Source: Paraspadella gotoi (Eukaryota; Animalia; Chaetognatha). Taken from it: DNA of 18,550 bases. The position numbers and the translations under genes were made by a program. The notes below the pieces were generated by a model. That model made no database searches, was not told the DNA's origin, and saw nothing but the letters and a program-made list of their open reading frames with translations. Location of the stretch: contig JBJCIZ010001459.1 in NCBI GenBank assembly GCA_051294375.1, positions 1 to 18,550 on the forward strand. Direction: 5' to 3'. Positions 1 through 10,400 of this stretch are shown here, one piece after another (the stretch's first letter is position 1; the number at the start of each line of letters is the position of its first letter).

Positions 1-1100
1 TTAAACAAAATCTAATTTCTCTACCTTTGACTCCCGAACCAGAAGCGGCCTCAACGTGAATCTGTCGCGCCTACTACGAAATTACAGGCGTCGAATTGCG
101 CGCCGGTTTCGCGTTCGTCTTTCCCTTCGCGCGCCAGTTAACGTCGTCTGTCAAGTCGTCGTCGTCGCTCTTCATCGATCTCGCGCTCAAAGAAATTGCT
201 CGTCGTCCCGTCGTTCGTCGTTCGTCGTTTCGTCGTTGTCGTCCTTCCAACCCTCGACCGACGACATTCTCGACGACTACAAGACCGACACAAAAACCGA
301 CGGCGTCGGCGCCAGAGACGCTCGTCTCCGGCGAGTCGCCGCGACCTCTTCCGCCGCGACGACCGAGTTCGCCCCAACCTTCATCGAACCGGTCCTCCTT
401 CCCCCGACAACCCTGTGGTAGGATTCCTTCAAGTACATGTCGGTCTCCCTCAACCGGCCTCGACAGATCGAACATGAGCGGTTGGCCCGAGGGCGCGCGG
501 CTCCGACCCGGAAAGTGAAGGGGCGCCCGAGATACGGGGATAGGAATGACGTACTAAGCGGACGTAGCGGCGCGTGAACCGCGGGAAGCTGAGTAATAGG
601 AGCGATAACTGTAGCGGGTTGCCTGTTGTTATGCTGGTGGATATTGATGATGATGATCAGGTGGTAGTGCGGGTTTAGTCGCCTGCGGGCGATTGTGCGG
701 CGGCGGCGGCGCGGCGGGCTGCGGGTGGTTTTAATTTGATCGCCGTCGCCGCCGTCGCCGTCGGCGGTACTGAACTTCCGGCGGTGGACGGGTAAGGGGC
801 GTAGGGAGTAGGCCCGGCGCCGTTTTTGGCGGCGGGAAAAGCGCCGCCACCGCCGAAGTTATGCTCGTGCGGCGGTGGTTGGGCGGAGATGCGTGTCGCT
901 GCAGCCGCTGGATCGTCGTAGGCGAGGGGTAAGGCGGTTGGGTAAGGGGCGAGAGGGTAATGGGTGGCGATGCGCGGGAGGTGGGTCGGGATGTGGAAGG
1001 CGGTGGAGGACCGGGGGTGGAAGGTTAACGTCGGCTCGTCGATGTGGAGGAGAACTGTTAAGGTAGGAGCGGTTGGGGTTGGCATTTGTATCAGTTTCTT

Positions 1101-1105
<5 letters not shown>

Positions 1106-1194
<89 letters not shown>

Positions 1195-1200
1195 CCTCTC
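1106..1200. repeat. (CT)n microsatellite, interrupted
   Basis: Direct inspection. Confidence 0.95.
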
Positions 1201-1315
1201 ACCGTGGCCTCCTTCCTCCTCTTCTCCTTCTGGCGGATCCAAATGTCTTCTCGCGTCGTCGTCGTTCGTTCGTCCGTCGCTCACGCTGGAGTCAGGCCGA
1301 GTTTTTGCAGCTGAA

Positions 1316-1347
1316 GGAGGAGGAGGAGGAGGAGGAGGAGGAGGAGG
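1316..1347. repeat. (GGA)n microsatellite
   Basis: Direct inspection. Confidence 0.95.
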
Positions 1348-1658
1348 GAAAACGTATTGGAATTTATTTGTTCAGGTTTTAATTGTCCTTGTTATCGATA
1401 CCTTTAGGTGAATAATTGTTTGTCACTTTTAAGTTAACCGGTTTTTTTCGATCGAATATGTCGCTTCAATTGTGAGTTTTCTTCGTATCAATTTTGATGT
1501 TAAAAAATTGTAAAAATACATCGTCGATTATGTTTCGGAATTTGAAGATATGATAATTATGTTATAATAATAACCTTGTGTTAAATCCCTTCTTTCGTTG
1601 TGTTTTGATTAATAGAAAAGAGTTTATATTTTGTGTTCCAACAACGATTGTTTTTATT

Positions 1659-1730
1659 TCTTTTAGAAACGTACATGTTAAAGCTGATGAAGGCCGAAAT
1701 CAAAGCCGAAAACATGTATTTTCTAAAAGA
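1659..1730 (+). ncRNA. Hammerhead-ribozyme-like motif within an inverted repeat
   Basis: CTGATGA (1684-1690), A, GGC/GCC stem II, GAAA (1708-1711), then palindromic ACATGT. Flanked by the complementary pairs TCTTTTAGAAA/TTTCTAAAAGA and TACATGTT/AACATGTA. Helix I is weak or absent. Confidence 0.4.
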
Positions 1731-4700
1731 AAAAAAAAACAATCGTTTGTTGAACAAAATATCAAAACTCTTTTCATTAATAAATAACTATAATTAATTT
1801 AAATACAAATGCTTCACTCATCACTCCATCAATACAACCATTATTTGTCCAGACTGACCCTTCCTCACTTGCAACGGCCTCCTTCAGCTGCTTCACTTCC
1901 TCCTGCAGCGCCCTGAGAATCTCTGCGCTGCTTTCCCTGCGTTTGAGGCTGCCGCGCTCTTTGCGCGCTTTCCCTGCGCGCTGGTTCGTGGGCGCTCTTC
2001 GGTCCGCGGCGCGTCGTCGTTTCTTGCTGGAATCGATTCCGTCGCGGTTCGGAGTCACGGCCGGGCGTCGTTGTGTCGTTTCCGTCGATTAGCCCGTGTT
2101 GTTGTTGTTTGTGTAATAGCGTCGCGTTCAGGTTTTAATTATTTCGACGTTGTTGTTGTTGAGATTCTCTCGTTGTTGTTGTTGTCTGTTTGTTCTTCCG
2201 ACGGGCGTCATCGAGACGCCTCGATTGTCCGACTTCCCTCGAACCACGAATCCGCTGTCTCGTCTCTCCTCGCTGAAGGCCGCGGGAGGAACGCCGAAGA
2301 GGCGACGACGGCGGCGGCGGCAGCGGCGCGGCGACGATGGAGACAATTTCCGAATCGGCGGAGAGCGGCGACAAGCGGCCGTCGTTTCCGGGCGAAAAAG
2401 CGCGTCGCCGGAGAGGCGCCGTTCCCAGGCGCGCCGCGACTCGGTTTAGATGGACGGCGTCTGTCGCGTCCTCGGCGCCGTCGTAATTAGTTTCGCGCGG
2501 TCGAATGGCGGCGCCACTCGTTCGGTGAAGATGCGCGCGATTCGAGGGAATCGAAAATCGAGGGTCGAGGGGCGAGGTTGGAGTTGTGGGGGGGAAGTGG
2601 GAGGTTATAAACGGGAAGGGGGGTAAGGGTAACGGAGAGGGGGGAACAGTGGGTAGGGAGTTAGGATTAAGAGATAGGAGGAGAGGAGAGGAGGAGGAGG
2701 AGAAAGTCATTGGAAAATTATTTATTTTTTCAGGTTTTAAATGTTTAATTTGAGTTTGGTAAATTAATCCATTGAGTTACATTGTATATACATATTTTTC
2801 GTTGTTAAAAGGCAGGTCAACAACAATAAACAATAACAAACAACATCAATCACAATTAATAACAAACCAACACAACACAGCAACAATACAACTATCAATG
2901 ACAATAACAACAAACAACAAAACACCAACGAAAAAACAACCAAGATTACTTAAAGTCGCTTACTGTGCATTATCTCTCTTTCCTCTCCACCATCCACTTC
3001 TTCCTCGTCCCCTTTCCTCTCCTCCTCTCCTTCCTCCGTCTTCCCTCCTCCTCTCCAGCTCGTTCTTCAGGACTGAATCCCTCGGTTTCGCCCTCCAGTT
3101 CGTTCGTCGACGTCGCGCCGCGGCGCGATGGATCTAAAAGGCTGCTGCTGGGGTCCCTGGCAGGGTGTGATGCGCGGCGGCGCGCTGACCTTGATGCCAG
3201 CAATACGGTTGTAGCTGTCGTGCTGCTGTTGCTGTTGTTGGCCAGTACAGTTGTGCATTGATGATACTGGGCGCGGCTTGCGGCCAGCGGCGTGTCGCGG
3301 ACAACGGACGAGGGGGAGGCGAGGATGTCGGTCAGCGTGATGAGCTCTCGACGTCGATCCGTCCTCATCGGCGTCGTCGTCGTCGGCTGCGGCGGATACG
3401 GCGCTGCGGGCGTCGAGGGCTTCTGCCGGCGCCGGGTACGTGCCAGCGTGGCGTGGGCGAGGCGAAAGTCAGTTGTATAGATGATTTGGATCGAGTTTTG
3501 GCGAAATCCGACAGGGGATTTTCTGGCGCTAGGGGCTTTTTTGGCTGGTAAGGGTTGGAAAGGGAAAATGTGAGGTAGTTAAAAAATACTTTAAGTCAGT
3601 TGTTCTCTTATAAAACATTATTCATTTATTAAGTAAATCCTCTTCTTTTGAACAATTAGTGTTTTTACGACATTTAAAAATCGAAAGGATTCCATAGTCA
3701 ACGGGCGCAAAACATTTAAAACAGAACGAGTTTACCCAAATTTCAACCCAAGGTTGAATCATCACTGAGTCCCCAAGTTGGAATTCCACAAATGCAAATC
3801 GGGAATGAGTCGGAAACAGTTTTTTCAAAAAGTGACCAATTTTCAGCCTTAAATTTAGAGATTACTAAAACATTTTTTTAATTATGAAGATTAGGTGAGG
3901 GGGATAAGGGATAAGGTTAGTTTTAAGGATTAAGGTCAAGTTAAAAATATATTTTCTGTTAAAGATAGTCCAACGATTATGAACAGAAATGAGCGGCTTT
4001 CGGAAACAAAGTGCCCAGTTCTAAGTCGCGTTGAACAAGAACGATCAGAGGGAGAAAGACTAGGAAAGAGGAAGAGAAGAAGGAAGAGAAGACAGTAGGA
4101 AGAGGAAAAAGACTTTTGCGTGTTCTTCGTCTTGAAAAATGATGACGAAGAACTTTCCTCGACATCGTCAACATTGAATCGGTTTATTTCGGATTTCATG
4201 GCGTCGAGGGATTTGGTGGCGGAGATGAGAAACATTTATCAACTTTTCTTAAATTTTCTTTTTTTTTTCTTTGGCTCTTTTCTTATTGGGTTTTTATAAT
4301 TTTCTCCTTTCAATTTACAACTTTCTAGACTCTCTGTCTTAGATTATTATTCCCTTCCACCTTTCTCTCTCTCTTCCTCTTCAGTCTTTCTTCTCCCTTC
4401 TCCTTACCTCCCCCCTCCCTTCTTCCACTTCCCTCCTCCCACCCACCACTCACCTTCCTCCCCTCTCTTTTCCCTTCTTCCTTCGTCCTGGTGGTCGCCG
4501 CTGGTTGGAATCCTCGTACCGCCGACAGACCTCCCTCCTCCTTCCTCTTCCTCCCTTCCGCCCGAGATCTTCCGTCCGCACGACTCCGAGAACGCGTTGG
4601 CGGCGTTCCTGTGGGCGTCGTCCTCTATTTCGGGAGTCAGAGTTTGTATCGCGCCCATCGAAGTCGGCGCCGTGAAGTTCGAGGAGCTTGGCGAGGAGGT

Positions 4701-4959
4701 CGTCGGGAAGAATTTCGTCGACGCCCGAGGAGGACGGCGAGGATCCTCAAGGTGTGGTTCGAGGAGATTTTGGGCCGACCGAGACGAGTTTAAGGAGGTC
4801 TATGCTGGAGGAATGCTCTGTCCAGCGAGACTGAAGGAATGATGAAATTGCATTATTTTAGGGTAAAATATTTTGGATACATAGAATTCAATTAAATAGA
4901 TAGAATTGCGATTGATATAATGATAGATAGATAAGTCCGAAAACCGATAACATTGGGTC

Positions 4960-5063
4960 ATTGATTGTATTGTCGATTGATTGATGATTGATCTGAATTG
5001 ATTGATTGCTTTGATGCATTCTGATTGATTGATTGACTTGATTGATTACTTTGATTACTTGAT
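4960..5063. repeat. Degenerate (ATTG)n tract
   Basis: Recurrent GATTGATT units with interruptions. Confidence 0.8.
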
Positions 5064-5465
5064 TCCATTTCCTCCTCAAAAACCTCACCCCAGAAGAGTC
5101 CTCCACTCCATCGTCGATCGAGTTGGCCCGACTTCTCGAAGAGACGTTCATCCTGACGGCGTCCGGTTTCGACCGCCCTCTTTGGCCGCCTCCACCTTGA
5201 CGTGGGCGTCGTCGATCGCTCTTTCAGGCGGAAGAGTCGCTTCCAAAAGTCTTTCCGGAGATCGAACCTCCTCGTCCGACGCCGGCGACGTCTTCGCGCC
5301 GCTTTTTATGCGGCGGAGCTTCGAGGGTGGTCGGCCTGGAGCACAAGGCATTTCCTTGATCTGGCTTGATTGATTTATATTTATATATTCATTCACTTAT
5401 TTTATAGGTTTTTCTTTCTTTTTTTGATAATTGCAATTTTTTTTCCTGGCGTTTCTCATTGTTTA

Positions 5466-6117
5466 TGCGGCCATTTGAACGAACGATTTCCATTGCAAAA
5501 ATTATTCATCCACACCGGAATGGAACCCGGGACTCAAGGCTGGGGACACCAGAAGATGACGCTCCTGGCCAACAGGCGGCCACATATTTGGATCTCAAGA
5601 TGTTCTATATTAAAACTTTAACTCATCACTGAAACCTTTTGTTTACCAAATAATTCAACTTAATCTACAAAAGATGTCTCCTGGTTGTAAATCATTTGTT
5701 CCCTGATTGTTACTTTTATCTTGATTGCTGACTTAATATTCTGCCTGTTTTTAACTCTTGATGAGAAGACTCTTTTTAAATACATTAATTCTTATCACAA
5801 AAGACTGATAATATTTGTTTTACTTCATCATCAAATGTAATTAATACATTAGTCAAAGATGAAAAACATCAATTGAATCAAAGAATTTATTAATTCAAAC
5901 AAATCAATTAAATCGATAAACAAAGTCAATGGAATCTCATGAGACTAATCTCAATATTAATGTGGATCAAATTAATAATTGGTATCTCGTGCACCCTTTC
6001 CCTGCAACGTCTTTAATCTCAGAGACTTATCTCATGGTGCAACGTCTTAGCAACGTGTCACTGAAGTTGTCACGCCCTCCGTCACGCTGTGGCCCAACTC
6101 CGATGGCGAGCCACACA
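5466..6117 (+). repeat. 5' LTR of the Gypsy element (~652 bp)
   Basis: Begins TGCGGCC and ends GCCACACA immediately before the TGG of the PBS. Boundaries are defined by end-to-end alignment with the reverse complement of 17072-17747. Confidence 0.88.
5557..5614 (+). promoter_or_regulatory. Putative LTR U3 promoter (TGACG element and TATA-like box)
   Basis: TGACG at 5557 and TATATTAAA at 5606-5614. The inverted copy reads TGACGT (17656-17661, minus strand) and TATATAAA (17603-17610, minus strand) at the homologous positions. Confidence 0.4.
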
Positions 6118-6130
6118 TGGTGAGACCGAC
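6118..6130 (+). other. Primer-binding site (probably tRNA-Trp type)
   Basis: TGGTGAGACCGAC directly follows the LTR. TGG complements the tRNA CCA end, and the rest resembles the TGGTGACCCCGAC tRNA-Trp PBS used by CsRn1-type elements. tRNA identity is not verified. Confidence 0.75.
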
Positions 6131-6297
6131 ATCGAACTTACCCAACGTTCAAGTGGAAAATTCAGTGGATCCCTACCTTTTCCAAGGTGAGATTGGGTGG
6201 GGGATTGGGAAATTAAGTGAGTTGCCATCCAATCTTCTCACACCTTCCCTCTCTTCTTTTTCCACTCCATGTCATTCCGACGGAGTACAAGGCATCG

Positions 6298-7398
6298 ATG
6301 AGCGGCTCCAATCTCCGCTCGCGTCTCCGCTCCGCCCAACGCGACGCCGAGGCCGAAGATCAACACAACGAAGCGATTAGACTACAAGTCCCTTTCGGAT
6401 TCGGCAGGGGGCGGCGCTCCCGGTCCATCTCACCGGCGTCAATCGACACTGCACCTGCATTCAATTTCCAATCCAACGGCAGCCAGGATTTTGAGGACGC
6501 CGACATGGCGACCGACCGACAGACCACCGGAGCCGCCACCAGGGACCTCAGAGATGAAAATGATGAACTCCGTGCTGCTCTTGCCACTGCAACGCGCGCT
6601 CTCGAAAGAGTTTCCAACAGGAAACCAGAATTGCCGGATTTCGACTCCAGCAATATCGAAATTTGGATAAAGCGCGTCGAAGCCGCGTACTCGAGAGCGG
6701 GAATCGTCAATCCAAAGAACAAGTTTGCACACTTAGAATCTAAAATCGGAATAAACGTCGATCCCACGATTAACCAGTACCTTTACGGCGAAACAACTGA
6801 AGCAACATGGAGCCAGTTCATCGGATACCTGCGTAAGGAGTACGGCCTTACCAGGCGGCAACAGGCCGCCAATCTGCTGGACGCCCTCGACGTTGACGGC
6901 GCAAAGCCGTCAAAGATGCTTGCGCAACTCGAGGAAAAGACTAAAACTCTTACTCTTGATGACGTACGGAAAGAGAAAATCCTCCGGGAACTCCCCAACG
7001 AGATTCGCCGCCAACTGGAGGACAAAGCAGACGACGTAAGTGCCAGCGAGCTTTGTCAATTGGCGGACCGTCATTACGACAATGAAGGCAATCTAAAGAT
7101 TCGCCAATCGTCCTCACTGGTTAGCAACATTGACCAGAAACGCCGTGAGCAATACGATTCGGACTCGGACGACGACGACACCGTCAATGCAGTCAACACT
7201 CGCTACCGCAAGCCGTTCAATAGCAAGCGACGACACCAGCCAGTCTCAAAGGGAAAAAGCAAGCCCAAATTGACGACACTGTGCGCCAAACATGTCAAGT
7301 TCGGCGATGAGGCATGGTCCTGCGACCTGGGCTGTGCAAGATATGAGGAAACGCAAAAGAAAAAGGAGGGAAACTCCAAAGGGGGACGCCGCAGGTGA
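6298..7398 (+). CDS. gag: Gag polyprotein (~366 aa from the first in-frame ATG)
   Basis: Contains ELPDFDSSNIEIWIKRVEAAY...KFAHL, resembling the LPxF...W..xVE motif of invertebrate Gypsy Gag. C-terminal C-X2-H-X9-C-X3-C knuckle (CAKHVKFGDEAWSCDLGC, 7282-7335). Lies between the PBS and pol. The ORF track start at 6217 is a non-ATG codon. Confidence 0.9.
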   Translation: MSGSNLRSRLRSAQRDAEAEDQHNEAIRLQVPFGFGRGRRSRSISPASIDTAPAFNFQSNGSQDFEDADMATDRQTTGAATRDLRDENDELRAALATATRALERVSNRKPELPDFDSSNIEIWIKRVEAAYSRAGIVNPKNKFAHLESKIGINVDPTINQYLYGETTEATWSQFIGYLRKEYGLTRRQQAANLLDALDVDGAKPSKMLAQLEEKTKTLTLDDVRKEKILRELPNEIRRQLEDKADDVSASELCQLADRHYDNEGNLKIRQSSSLVSNIDQKRREQYDSDSDDDDTVNAVNTRYRKPFNSKRRHQPVSKGKSKPKLTTLCAKHVKFGDEAWSCDLGCARYEETQKKKEGNSKGGRRR

Positions 7399-7429
7399 AC
7401 GCCGTCCCCCAGGAGCCAACTCACTCACC
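7368..7429 (+). promoter_or_regulatory. Programmed -1 ribosomal frameshift signal (slippery site plus stem/pseudoknot)
   Basis: G GGA AAC (7368-7374) is in the gag frame. A 6-nt spacer is followed by a perfect 8-bp stem GGGGGACG (7381-7388)/CGTCCCCC (7403-7410). Loop GGTGA can pair with TCACC (7425-7429). pol is in the -1 frame and open from the slip site. Confidence 0.85.
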
Positions 7430-10400
7430 GGCATCCAATGATCTGCTATTCATACGCGACGCTGGAGACAAAACAAAGTGGCTTGTAGATGGCGGAGCGC
7501 TACTATCCATTGTTCCCCCAACTTCACAACAACGAAGCCAAGGACCTGATCCATCCATGAAGCTTCAAGCAGCAAATGGATCCCCAATCGCTTGCTATGG
7601 GACAATGGATAGAGTGGTACAACTAGGAGACAGGAAATTCAATTACCAATTCGTCGTCGCCGACGTCAGACAAAATATCCTCGGCGCCGATTTCTTAGCC
7701 GAAAATTTCCTGGCTCCAAATCATCGAGACGGTCTTCTGTTAGATCTGAGAGATTACTCGACCATTGCCGCTTCAATGGCTACAGAAACATCCGCCCATG
7801 TAAACTTTGTCGACCGAAAAGGCGAGAAGTACTACAAGCTACTTGAATCATTCCCTTCACTCTCCACGCCTACTTTTGAACTCAAGGCACCCAAGCATGG
7901 CGTCACCCATTCTATCCCAACAGAAGGACGCCCATGCCAATCACGGGCGCGACGCCTTGATCCGGAAAAATTGGCTGTGGCAAAGCGCGAACTGGAAAAA
8001 ATGGTTTCTCTTGGAGTCGCGAAAAGAGGCAAATCAGAGTGGTCGTCGCCACTCCATGTAGTCGCCAAACCTGACGGCGGATGGCGCTGTTGTGGCGACT
8101 ACAGGCGCCTGAATGCTCAAACCATAGAGGACCGGTATCCGGTGAAATTACTCACAGATTTCAATTCGCAACTTGAAGGTAAAACTATCTTCTCCAAAAT
8201 TGACCTTCTGAAAGGTTATCACCAGATCCCAGTGGATCCAAAAGACGTTCAGAAGACGGCGGTAATAACACCTTTCGGATTATATGTTTTCCCACGCTGC
8301 CCGTTTGGTTTGAAGAACGCAGGACAAGATTTCCAGCGTCTAATGGACGAAATCTTGGGGGATATTCCCCACACGTTCGTTTATCTGGATGACATACTCG
8401 TGGCATCATCGTCTCCAGATGAACACATGCAAGATCTTGAGAGAGTTTTCAAGGCATTGGATGAAAACGGATTGGTAGTGAATACCAAAAAATGCCTACT
8501 CGGACAAGATTCTCTTGAGTTTCTGGGTTTCTTAGTGGATAAGAACGGCGTCCGCCCATTGCCAGAAAGAGTGCAAACGCTCAAAGAAACAACTCGACCC
8601 ACGTCCATCAAAGAGCTACAACGCTTTTTGGGTATGATCAACTACTACCGTAGGTTCATACCTGGAGTAGCTCATCGATGTGCCCCTCTTTACGAAGCAC
8701 TTAGTGGAAAACCCAAAGCGTTAGAATGGACAGACGACTGTGAAAAAGCATTCGAGGCGATAAAAGAAGGCCTCATCTCAGCAGCACTACTGCACCATCC
8801 ACGCACAGGAGCCCAGCTCTGTGTAACAACAGACGCTTCCGATAACGCCGTAGGCGCCGTTCTGGAACAACGGGGCCCTAAAGGATGGGAACCGCTGGCT
8901 TTTTTTTCAGCCAAATTAGCCAAAAACCAGAAACTCTGGCCCCCGTTTGACAAGGAACTCTACGGCGCTTTCCGAGCTGTGCGGCATTTCCGCCATTGGG
9001 TAGAGGGTCGCGCATTCACCCTCTACACAGATCACCAAAGCCTGGTCTCGGCAATCCGCAAGAAGGCGGAGCCTCAAACGGTCAGACAGTCGTATCAGCT
9101 ATCAGTAATAGCCGAGTTTACTACAGACGTGCGCTATCTCAAAGGCAAGGCGAATGTAGTCGCTGATGCCTTATCGCGTCCCAACACTTCGTCAGCGCCA
9201 TCAATAGGAACTAACGACACTGAAAACGAGGCTAAGACCAACTCGACAGCTGCAGCAACTCCTGCAGCAACATCAGCCGCAGAAGGAGAGCAACAAGCTG
9301 AAGAAAAACAGAGGCAAAGCATCAAACCGAATCGCCTGGAAGACGTCAACGCCGTCATCTCATCTCTAACCAATTTCGAAATTGATTTCGAACAGATGGC
9401 GCGTGAGCAGACGCTTGACGCCGACTTCCAGAAAATCGCAGAAGACGCCAGATCTGGACTCAACTTCAGAAAGATACGCGTAGGCGACCAGGAGCTGCTG
9501 GCCGACGTTTCAAATGGCCCGGCAAGACCATTTGTACCAGCATCCTGGCGGCGAAAAATCTTTGATGTAATCCACGGACTAGGTCATCCAGGAATCGACG
9601 CGACAAGAAAGGCGGTAGCGGCAAAGTTCGTTTGGACAAACATGCGTCAGGACGTCAGCAACTGGGCGCGAGATTGTGTAGATTGCCAAAGGGCAAAAAT
9701 TACAAGACACGTAGTACCGGAGATTGGGGAATTCAAAATTCCGCCACGCCGTTTTCAGCATATAAATCTCGATCTCGTCAAGATGCCGAAATCAAACGGT
9801 TTTTCTCACCTGCTTACCATCGTTGATCGTTTTTCAAGATGGCCTACAGCGATCCCGATACACGATACTCTCACGCCTACAATCCTTGACGCCCTCAGTC
9901 TCAACTGGATTAGCACATTCGGTACGCCAGCGGTAATAACCACAGACAGAGGAAGTCAGTTTAACTCGACTTTGTGGCGCCAGTTGATGAAGCATTGGGG
10001 CATCAAGCACCAGATGACAACGGCGTATCATCCACAAGCTAATGGCCTCGTCGAAAGGTTCCATCGAAGATTAAAAGAATCACTCATGGCATTAGTTAAG
10101 GGGGAACGAGAGAGATGGTTTTGGAAATTACCATTAACTCTCTTGGCAATTCGAACTACAGTAAAGGAAGATGTTGGAGCATCAGCAGCAGACCTGGTCT
10201 TCGGCGAAGGTTTGAGCGTACCTGGCAGCCTACTTGGCGACGCCCAAGTTGACAACAACTCATTAAACCAGCAACGTCGATCACAACTTTCGAAATTGAG
10301 AATCGAAGTCGCTCGACTCCAACCGACGCCTACTTCAGCTCATCAGCAGCCAACAATACATCTCCCAGCGAATCTAGATTCTGCCCAGTACGTATTTGTC

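Noticed and set aside
56-5400. Many overlapping 60-190 aa ORFs in GC-rich blocks
   Set aside because: They are low-complexity Arg/Ser/Pro/Ala or microsatellite-derived translations open on both strands with no recognisable domain. Some blocks could be host exons, but no gene model can be supported.
6060-6117. HDV-like or twister ribozyme in the large Gypsy LTR (also GACTCAAG near 5530)
   Set aside because: Only partial matches. P3/P1.1 for HDV and the T1/P2 partners for twister could not be built in either copy.
6360-10258. Antisense and alternative-frame ORFs within gag-pol
   Set aside because: Short shadow ORFs expected opposite a long coding sequence, with no motifs.
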